This document shows, piece by piece, positions 37,301-45,800 of a DNA stretch of 64,000 bases (position 1 is the stretch's first letter; each line of letters begins with the position of its first letter). A model generated the notes under the pieces. The model did not search any database. It saw nothing but the letters and a program-made list of their open reading frames with translations, and had not been told where the DNA came from. The stretch is from an uncultured archaeon (lineage in GTDB: Archaea > Iainarchaeota > Iainarchaeia > Iainarchaeales > JAAZKV01). The DNA is taken from the NCBI GenBank assembly GCA_964534045.1, contig CAZHNO010000001.1:129786-193785 (forward strand). Direction: 5' to 3'. The position numbers were made by a program, and so were the translations under genes.

Positions 37301-39513
37301 CAACTGCAACAATTTTTACTAATGAAGAAGAAGCAAGTGCTTGGATAACTAGTGGAAGTAAAGAATATTCAAGATTTGAAAATGACAGATTTATTGTTAT
37401 AATGGACATTCCCCAATCACAATTAAGATTACATAATGATGTTGCCAAAGCACCAGGAATTATTCCAAAAGAAAATATTATTGGAGTAATTGATAGACAA
37501 GCAATTGGTGCCCAAGGACCGATTGCAGTTGATATGGCAAGGGTTGAGAGTGTTTCAGTTACTTTTAATCAACAAACTAATCTTGAAACATCAAACAATT
37601 TTGTTTTACCAAAAGAAGAAATTTGGGGAGGAGAATCTGGTTTTTTAGAAATTAAGGAAGGGATTCCTTTGGGAACAAATTCTGATTTAGTTGTTGAAAT
37701 TGATGGAGAAAAATATTTGAAGTTAATCCCTGGAAAAAAAATCATTCTTGAAAGATTTATAACTATTGATCCAAATCAATTAGAAAGTATTTACATAAGC
37801 CAGCTTTTAACTGGAAGAATAATGTCTCCACAAAAATTTGCGCAAGTTAGTGGACAACCTATTTCTTCTGTATTTGGAACAGAAGTTTTTAGTGATAGTG
37901 AAAATTTGGTAAATTTTGATGAAATTCTTGAAGATGCGTTAAGTGAAACAATAGCTGGTTGGGGAGTATCAACAACATATACTGATTGGATTTCAAAAAC
38001 ACCCCCAATTAGTAATGACAAAATAAAAATAATTTTTTCTTTTGAAGTTCCAACAGAAAGAGTTTTTGCTGGACAAATTAAAAAAAGTCCAACTTATTCT
38101 GGACAAGTTCAAAGTAATATACCATTGAATAAAAACAATGAAAAATTAGCCGAATTTGGTTTTTCAGATCCTGGATCTGAAGACGAAATAATGTTCCCAA
38201 TTGAAGTTCCAAACGAATACTATAAAGGGGCAAGATTTTTTTATAATGGGAAAGAATGGACAATTGAACAATTATTGAATGAGCTTGGAATTAAACCACA
38301 AAATGTTAGTTCATCTGAAAAGATAACTTTTACTTGCAAAAGTCCTTGTTACTTTGATTCAACTAGTTCTCCAATTAAACCTATAGAAAGGTTAGATGGT
38401 TCATTACAATTAACTAGTGAAAATTTTGGAGAAGTTAATAGTTTTGAACTTATTAGGTATGGTGCATTTGAAGGAGAAGAAGTGGGGGCAGTGATGACAA
38501 AAGTAAATTTGGCTGGAAAAGAAATGGCAATTCTTGAACAATCATTAAAAGCAAATCATGATGCGATACTAGTTTTTGAAAATACACAAGCAGGAACTAG
38601 TTTAAAAATATTTTATAATGGGAATAGAATTCTTGATCAATCTAATTCATTAACAACTTTGAAACCCTATCTTGACACTTTAGGGTATGAAACTTGGCAG
38701 GTAACTGGCAGTGAAGAACTTAAAAATTTCAAGATTTTTGTTCCTAATAAAATAGGCTCACATGTTGTTGCAAATAATTTTGATGAAGCCAGAAAAGCAG
38801 TTTTCCAAAATAATATGCAAGAAGAAATTGCTCTCTCAATTGAAAAACTTGGACTTAAGTTAGATGACGCAATAATAAAATTTTCTGATGGTTCAACAAG
38901 CACTGCTGCTGAATTATTAGTGGATAATACACAATTGCCATCTTTTGAAAGTGTTACACAAAATAGTGGAGTTCAGATTCTGCAAGGAATCCCTGGAAAA
39001 AGTGGTTGGGGTTATATGCATACAAAATTACATCTTGTAGATTATGCTAATGAACAAGAATTTGAATCATTTATAAAAAGTACTTTACAATCCCCTGATT
39101 TTAAAATAACAAAAAATAATGAACCAGCAACTCTTTGGTTTAAAGAAATTAATGCAGGTGAATCAAAATTTAATATGGTTGTTTCAAAAACAGAAAATGG
39201 GGTTGAAAAAATGGTTACAATGTACCCTCTAAGAAATGGTGCTGAGTTTATGCAAATCATAAGAACTGAAGCTGGACGAGGAAACGTTCAAGGATATAAG
39301 TCAAATACTGATTCAACTAAAAAAGCAATTAAACTAAATAATGACTTTTTCTTAGAACTAAGTAAAGGTTCTGATGGATTAACAATTAATGCAAAAGCAA
39401 TAAGGGGTGTTCCAGAAGAAGCAGGATTTGAAACCGCTGGAAAAAGTAATATAAATAATTATTTCAGAGGTATTGAAAACTATGAAACTGATTTAATTAT
39501 TTTAGGAGAATAA
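31324..39513 (+). CDS. Giant membrane-anchored protein (2729 aa), putative multi-effector (polyvalent/polymorphic) toxin
   Basis: N-terminal TM, helical body, TPR-like repeat, internal hydrophobic helix, then HETTH, LIHFT, R...VSTT...EDE and GWGYMH...VTMYP modules. Confidence 0.7.
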   Translation: MVDVGKFFDKKVLVLIVIILLILIGFVIFGTQQKEINQEFEFYDSIVSKNVLIGSERIETYTINLQNPVFGYLIIPKTIVEDASKLAISGDFDAEIIENYPILKIESNDYSPGTKNLIIKSTIGNAEHTSILFLIPLVEYNSFSETELADLEETITQFSQLDENYFTFEETEKIMKEFEEGTKENSESADFKKKNENTKISLAEVNYISPFNSLVNTLNSTYNVREKSNTKLVKKPEIEKPVTLQNNPTEILNKILQPRIQANNIGGEFSITINFKPEKKSYALPEKILMTYNEKIPKITWNAIVIINEETNISDGTELVFTGPENFDFSYLRLTKQNYSTLGATDEEIIAQINENDESKPIYLVSIGIDTGNYDETEIIEKITIKHDGILIPKIYSSEIRLIKNNCAERTNYYWFGNETNFNYEIQKEYSNATICLKEFTEFSLTEKILSYDINFGNKEEIDSSLLIGAINTDPSSSKKIEEEIQKINEKSLSDFYNAEEHHKKWMGEYNSIAHEAIEELNFLDSKTTDNTTKEIIQKNILWFEYLIIEQKLKNDPTDRNTLEESVEKYLDYFFYPIPTYLMTEEAISEKRKEILEIQETKYGTYSKWLLTEIASKYYLIEELLIEKEKAFALLLLEKSKGSGCPTALSVEQYIFNTASPQYPLQMNKDFRDIVKFLSINEAKYISTGSTSVIGGQRQLTEIEATLKRFQDSTYCTLNLEEFENPPPSFFGSTENAQLFNFKRISLRNLIKNSVKEKVGLRLSAYLLYNYSEILEKATSETLRSLERQETNFNTEYEKIQMPKKGGLTLLELYNIKDINTISALLGTNLQDIKNDLAIESIQSAFNNQLKPIISVVKNQKFLGFVKNIGVAEKLEGHLAIVDNTINSELQITAKKIIEKEDSEKFNYILYNLTTGKLLENYGEEINTKMKLIEGLKQLKTSLLEGKDFVDILNEKTQEFENKELNILAPEETITEIINPQDPRATTLIIKKTNPKYSAWAEKVNSLGEENYSVLALNQPVIKAEIEKQQIIESNQTKKSEEIKLAKTEKEKLKILLPEEDQAKIMLKIADYYYDSGLYWEAYQNYAYIKEQLPNSTTATYASTKMFSMEKGTGMFFGKMYWETYGKIAKEFTTVSMIASYLAIYGTLKFLATPEIASARNIKNIDKAHNTKLTQTLANADDYIITGSGEWITITSQTQQIGNAKAIQNAIKGFEIVNGQLVQLNLKTSRVYSMLENFKALRTQRFFNKIFESNTWKVLTKDRLVNEQWYQNFIEKKVAYDTKEFLRTKYGMDSVLFAENPSDELIKAWVRSYNSDPVQALDKDNFKIFLNRTSQALTEKVTELRNYRALTSTETKDLLATIEMLKQTTVYVDDVVAQSTAIVPANYYMKGALAKMQARQAFSLSEVTRAKALLTDGSSTALVKDFLGSPIDDIISFSRTDVAYSSALMLTQKETKLATINTRISELETYLAKYGKTSSLLSNPWQAELMELKNQSALLTASDYADDVVSIACSAPCGFKIKSVEGSTEINFGDVEAKTEAISWDPNKTLVIEDATVDGAKATIKVEQIIDIALPKAIITTSQTTNGEVLLKIMSPKIMSVQTLEGGILTGIGADLTPNSPWTTIKFNLDGKGGRIFFVNEESTTLGAHQKGQEAINVNIDSHLTDKMTQEIGLKNALKVTTAHETTHFGFYSLAPNERQVAFDAIETTIGSDDKLYALYYKFLAWEHGNPDYFLRSGTIEEIYAKYKKNLSVNGIANNLSPAEETQILDEYINAIKNNSGKSYGIKLDDPNKQMLIDGAKERVGELRISKVSVQTPSGKQEYYINSDTLFDELTSVMAEQKFYPERVVDSATLQKLKGALPQKASGIISEAQSIADEAVNTAYSSGKHPALQASTQEITTPILTQGQCISGCLYPTRSASIINDPTLATEGKLVEPTQSLKVSKGSIFSSEKDLPKLKEDYARLIHFTSNQRGVELALKQGFIYEQQGAISSTATIFTNEEEASAWITSGSKEYSRFENDRFIVIMDIPQSQLRLHNDVAKAPGIIPKENIIGVIDRQAIGAQGPIAVDMARVESVSVTFNQQTNLETSNNFVLPKEEIWGGESGFLEIKEGIPLGTNSDLVVEIDGEKYLKLIPGKKIILERFITIDPNQLESIYISQLLTGRIMSPQKFAQVSGQPISSVFGTEVFSDSENLVNFDEILEDALSETIAGWGVSTTYTDWISKTPPISNDKIKIIFSFEVPTERVFAGQIKKSPTYSGQVQSNIPLNKNNEKLAEFGFSDPGSEDEIMFPIEVPNEYYKGARFFYNGKEWTIEQLLNELGIKPQNVSSSEKITFTCKSPCYFDSTSSPIKPIERLDGSLQLTSENFGEVNSFELIRYGAFEGEEVGAVMTKVNLAGKEMAILEQSLKANHDAILVFENTQAGTSLKIFYNGNRILDQSNSLTTLKPYLDTLGYETWQVTGSEELKNFKIFVPNKIGSHVVANNFDEARKAVFQNNMQEEIALSIEKLGLKLDDAIIKFSDGSTSTAAELLVDNTQLPSFESVTQNSGVQILQGIPGKSGWGYMHTKLHLVDYANEQEFESFIKSTLQSPDFKITKNNEPATLWFKEINAGESKFNMVVSKTENGVEKMVTMYPLRNGAEFMQIIRTEAGRGNVQGYKSNTDSTKKAIKLNNDFFLELSKGSDGLTINAKAIRGVPEEAGFETAGKSNINNYFRGIENYETDLIILGE

Positions 39514-39542
39514 ATTTAAACTAAATTGACAAGGTAATTATT

Positions 39543-39800
39543 ATGAGAAAAAGTATTGTGAAATCAAAAACTAATTTGGAGGTCCACCCGGATCTTGTAT
39601 TAGCGAAAAGAGCAGCTGAAGCTAGAGCAAAAAATCTTAAAACAAATAATATTCGTTATTTAAGACAAGCAATAAAACTTTTTACTCAAGCAGAAGAAAA
39701 AGCTAGACAAAGCGGAAAAAAATTTGAAGCTGATTATTTCAGAGGACAAGCTAGTAAGTTAATGGATGTTTTTAAAGAAATTAAACCTGAAAAAAAATAA
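39543..39800 (+). CDS. Small basic helical protein
   Basis: 85-aa ORF with an AGGT SD-like motif, directly after the giant gene. Confidence 0.6.
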   Translation: MRKSIVKSKTNLEVHPDLVLAKRAAEARAKNLKTNNIRYLRQAIKLFTQAEEKARQSGKKFEADYFRGQASKLMDVFKEIKPEKK

Positions 39801-39883
39801 TTGTAACTTACAAGAAACGTTTATTAATAACTCTTGTTTAAGTAATATATAGTATATAATTAGTTTACGTGAACAAATAAATC

Positions 39884-42800
39884 GTGGTTGGTTTGATTTC
39901 GGAAAAATTATCTGGGTTTTATACAAAATTAGAAGATAAGTATTTTGATGTACTTGATGCATTGGATGCAAAAGGCTTGCCTGTATATAAATACAGTGAT
40001 TTTTTTGAAGATAAGGGAATTCCTAGTTTTATTGTTACAATAACAATAATTTTGCTTTTAATAATGTTATTAGGTTTTGCTTTTACTGGAGCAAATCTTG
40101 GTTCTGGAGAAATAATTGTTTCATTAAAGGATTCAGTAACTGGACAACCTTTGAGAAATGTTTCTTTGAAATTATTTGATACACAAAATACTATTTTGTT
40201 TGATAAATCTGTGAGTGATGGGGATAGAGTTGAAATTGCAGCGTTAGCCCAAGGAACAAAAATAAGAATTTTAGCTGCAAAAGATGGTTATGCTAGTTTT
40301 CAAGATGAATTTCTTATTGGAAAAGAAAGTGCTACTCGTGCAATTTATTTAAACAAAAGGTTTGTTGGAATTAATGCAATGTTGAGACTTACTGATATTG
40401 AAACTGGAACAAAAATTAAGGGTGCAAGTGTTACTGCAAGATATGGTGATGAAATTTACAATTTTTTTGAAGATGGAAATGGATTATATAGAAAGGATAA
40501 TATTCCTGAAGGGGAAACTGTTTTGTTAAGTGTTACTGCTGATGGTTATAATTTAATTAGTGATCAGGCAATTGTTTTCTTTTCTGAAACTATTAGAGAT
40601 TTATCTTTGAGTCCTAGCAATGATGGTTTTGTTGGTTTGGCAAATGTAATAATTACAGTTAGTAATGCAGATGGTTTGGCAATTGAGGGAGCTGAGGTAA
40701 CTGTATATAATAAAGAGAACCAAGCAGTGTTAATGAAAAAAGAAACTACTCAAGGAGCAGTTTCTGGACAAATACAAACTGGAATTCAATTGAAAATCAC
40801 TATCAAAAAAGAGGGTTATTTGAATTATGATTCTGATGTTGAACTTGGTGGATTGACAATTAGAAAACAAGAAGATAAAATTGATTTAATAATGAAACAA
40901 GGTGGGGAAAAATTAATTGTTAATGTTGTTAATGAGTTAGGTTTGAGTTTGAGTGATTCTATTGTTCAAGTTTATAGTGAAAGAGGAGAATTAATTGATA
41001 GAAAAATTAGTGTTGTTGGTGGAGCAGAATTTTCTGGTTTAGACCCTGAAGCAACAATATTAATCACTGCTTACAAAGAAGGTTATTTGCCTAGTCAAGC
41101 AAAGGTTTTTGTTGGAGCAACTGAATCTGTGCCAATTATTTTGAAAGAAATCACATCAGGAAATTCTTTTAGATTAGATATATTTACTTTGGATAATATT
41201 GGAGATGCTGTTTCTGGAGCCAATGTTGAAATAAAATATTTTGATGAAGATGGCAACAAATTACCATATGGTTTTGATAACTTGCGAACTAGTTTGGCAG
41301 GATATGTTGCAGCAATAGTTGCATTAAATAAAACTTATGAAGTGAGTGCTGAAACTTCAATTATGCAAGGAAAAACAACAATTGATATTACTGAAGGAAC
41401 AATAGACAACAAAGTATACATAACAATGTTGATGAAACCAAATGTTGTTGAATTAAAATTAAGAGATTTGTTAGGAAATAAGGTTAGTGGAACAGCAATT
41501 GTTTCAACTATTGAAGGAGATATCCTTTATGATGGAAATATTACTAATTCAAGTGTTTTCTTTGATGCTTATGGAAAAGAATTGGTTGAGTTGCAAGTTA
41601 AATTAGCAGATGGAAATGTTTTTACTGAAAATGTTTATGTGAAAGGAAAAAAAATAGTTGATGTAATTGTTTATGATAAGGAAAATGCTAATCTTGCACC
41701 AGTAATTGAATTTGTTGGAATTGAAACAGAGAATGGGGAAGAAGCAAAAGGCTTGACTCCAGGAGCATTTTATTGGGCTAAGTTTTCTGTAAAGTGGCCT
41801 GTTGCTGCTGAAAAGGGGGGGGTACATTTTAGAACAGGGAGTGATAGTGTTGAATTTGCTGATTCTGAAAATGTTGCATTGTTTGATTTGGCTTTGAGCG
41901 GAGCAAACACTTTTTTATCTTACTCTTATAACCCTGAACCATTACCTGGAAATGAAGCACTTGATAGAAGTAATCAAGGTTATGTTGATGAGGCAAATAA
42001 ATGGGTTGAAGGAGAAGTAACAAATCCAAAGGGAACTTACATTGCTAAAGTAAAAATTAGGGTTAGTGATTTTACTGCAGGAAAAATAAATTTGAAATAC
42101 AGGGCTTGGAGTGAAGTGCAAGATGAAACTTATAGAACTCCAACGGATTCTGTTCTAGGAAATTCTGCATTCAATATTGAAAAGGCTTCTTTGTATGCTG
42201 AAACATTAGTAGAAAGTTTAACATTATATGAGTCTTTACCAGAGTGTAATGATAGTGTTTGTGTTGCGTATAATTTTGTTGATGAGACTGAAAGTTATTA
42301 TGATTTAGGAAAATTTGAAGCACTGCAAGGAAAAGTTTATGCACTTGAAACAGAATTTACTGCAATTGAAGGAGATTATTTACAAGTTAACTTGACTACT
42401 GATTCAAACATTGCTTTCATTGGAACACAAAGCGGAAATTTTAAGTTCATGGAAAATAGTGGTTATATTAATACAAAAGAAGCAAGTGTAACTGTTTCAT
42501 TAACACAAAATGGAAAACAAAAAATAAGATTTTATTTTGTTGCAAACGGCATTGGAACAAACATAATTAATTTTAGTGCAACTGGTTCTGGGGAAATAGA
42601 AAAACAAATTTCTTTTGATTCTGTTAATGAAAAAGAAATGCTAATAGAGTTGAGCGAAAAGAAAGTTGGTTTAGGAAGAAATTTTACTGTGAAAGTTTTG
42701 GAAAGCAATTTGAAAGGAATTGAAAACGCGCTAGTGAAAATAATTAATAAAAAAGGAGAAGTTGTGAAGAGTGTTGTTGGAGATGGCACTGATGGAAAAG

Positions 42801-45800
42801 GAAAAAGTGGATTGTATAGAATTGAAAATGATTTAGAAGCTGGAGTTTATGTTGTAAGAGTTGAAGCAAGCAAATTCAAATCAAAAGAAGAAGCATTGCT
42901 TGTAACAATGAGTGAAATACTTTCAATTACTGATGATTTAGTTGTAAAAATGTTATTGGAAGAAAAAAGCAAATATGTTGAAGCAAAATTAACTAACAAT
43001 TCTGAATTCACCATAAATAATATAATTATTGATACAGAAAATTCTGAAAACTTTAAGATTGATGTTGTTAGTATTCCAATGCTTGGAAAAAATCAAAGCC
43101 AAACCCTACAAATAAGAGTAACTTATATTGGGACAAGTGAAAGTGCAGATGAAACCTTTACTATTAGTGTAAAAGGAATGGTTGAAGGAACATTCTTGAC
43201 TAGTATTAGTACTACTTTAAGTGCTAGTTATAATAGAGTAATGGATAATAGTTGTTTGAAATTTGAGCCAAGTTCTTTAAAGTTAGCAATGGTTGGAAAC
43301 AATGGAGCTAGTGCAAGTGATACCATAACAGTAAAAAATAATTGTGAAATACCAGTTTCACTAACACCAATAACAATAGAAAAAACAAGAAGAAGCAATA
43401 TTGCTGTTAACGGAGAAGCAATTTCTTTACAAGTTGGACAAACACAAAACATAACAATCAATGCAATTAATATGGCTGATAGATTGTTCAATAGAAATGA
43501 AATTTATAATTATGAAATATTATACGATGCTAATTATATTACTAAAAGAATAAATGTTTCTGTTGAATTAATTAATCCACAAATTGCTTTGAGTTATCCT
43601 GGACAAATAACATTATTCTTAGCACAAAATAGTCCTACTGCAAAAGCTATTTCTGCTCAACCAATATTTGTGACAAATGTTTCACAATATAGTGTTGAAG
43701 GAATAAAATTTTCTACAGAAAAAGAATATGCAAGTGAGAGCAATGTAAAATTAAGTATTGAACCAGCAGACATGGTTTCTTTAGAAGCAGGACAAAGCAT
43801 TAACCCAGCAAAAATATTATTTGCTGAAGCATCAACAAAATATTCTGAACCAGTAAGGGGAACAGTAACTATTACTGGAAAAATCGGAAATTTAAATAAT
43901 AGAATTGGCACAAGCGATAATTATAATTACCAAGACTTTTTGAGTGGAAAATATTCTATAAATAATTATCAAAATAATAGTGCAGGGTATACAAGCACAA
44001 GTAATACTCTTGGAGTAATTGATGTCTTAGTTTATTACTCTGGTTTTGATTGTTTGAAAACAACAATTAGTAATGGAACATTCAATTTAAGTCAAGAAGG
44101 TTTAGGAAGAACAGCAACTATTTCAATACAAAATAATTGTGCAGAACCAGTAAGAGTGATTGATATTAAATCAAATTATCCAACTTTAGCATTTTCTATC
44201 CCTAATGTAATTGTTCAACCAAATACAACTATAGAAACACAAATGGGTGTAATGGTTGTTGGTGGACAAACAAAACTAAGAAACTTCCCAATAACTTTGA
44301 GAGGAATGACTGAAATAAGCCAAACAGTAATTGAAGCATCACCAATGAATATTGATGTGTTCTCTGGAGTAAATTTTAATGAGGAATATAGTAAGGCGGA
44401 AAAAGGAATTAGCGTAAATATTTGTGGAGAAGAAACAAAAGAATTAATTGATATTCCACGAGAAGCTAGCGGAAATGATTGTTCGCAGGGATATTGTGAT
44501 GCAGAACAAGCTTCTGAATATATAGCAAAAAAACTTGATACTGCAATAAAAAAAGCTGAAGCACAAGCATATTCAGCCCAAACAACTAATGAATCAATGC
44601 TTTGCTTGACAAAAGGATTCTGTACATTTGGAGATATTGGAACACAACAAACAAGCTTTGACTTGTACTTAAAGAATGATGTTGTGAGCACGGAAGCAAT
44701 GCGAAATGCTTTTGAAAAATTCGCTTCTGGAAGCACAGGAATAAGTGGAATAAGTTCTGCTGAATTTAGATTTGAAACAGGAAATGTGAGTGATGAAATA
44801 CTTGGAGCAATAGCAAGAAGTGGTTATGGAAAACAAGTAATAATTGATGATAGTATTAGTGGATGTGGTTATTACAAAATTGTTATTAGTGGAGTGTTCC
44901 CTGTTACAGGAGAAGGAGTAAATTTCTTAATGCCAATATTATCAATCAAAGCAGAACCATTAATTGGCAAGGGAAAAATACAAACAAAAGAATGTGAAGA
45001 TAGTATTGAGAACTTAGTGAACTTTACACCAATTGACAAAAAATATTCTTTAGGAAATACTGGCGGAACTTGGTTAACATCAATTGAAGCAGAAAAATCG
45101 TTACAAGAAATGGCAAAAAATATTTCAAAGAAATTAGTGAATAATGAAAATAGAGTTGGACAAGGAACAGGAAACAAATTAATTTTAAGAGAAGCACCAT
45201 TAACAGATGCCCTTGCAGAAGTTTGCTTAATTGGTGGAGAAAAAGCAATAATTGAAGTGAATATTAATTCTCAATTAACTGAATTAAATTCTGCAAAAAA
45301 AGATTTTGAAGATGAAGTAGTAAAACTTGTAACAAATGCAATCGCAAGTAATTTCGGAGAAAATTGCTTAACAAAACATGCAGAAGGATACAAGTGCGTT
45401 CAACTAACTGATTTGAGTGGATTGGAAGGCGGATTGTTACTAAAATTAAATTCAAAAAATTTATCACTAGGAAAAGATGGTGGTTGTGTAACTGGTGAAG
45501 TGAGTTCAAGTTTACCAGAAACAATAGAGTTTAGTGTAATTCCTTATACTGAAAACAAAGAATTTTTGAACATAACAAAAATAACTGTGGAAGAAATAAG
45601 CAAAAATAATGAAACAAACACTAATAATAATGCTGAAAATAATGAATCAAAAGAAGATGATGAAGATAGTGAATCAGAAATAAGTGAGGATAATGTTCTT
45701 GAAGGAAAGAAAGTTTATGAAATAGAATTTAAGGGAAGTAAAATCTCAAAAGAAACTCCTGTAAAAGTAAAACTTGATACTATTTCAACTGATAAGGAAC

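Noticed and set aside
35860..38349. Intein/Hint auto-processing domains at the Cys motifs
   Set aside because: No CF/CL-x-x-GT block A, no TxxH block B and no HN terminal motif were seen.
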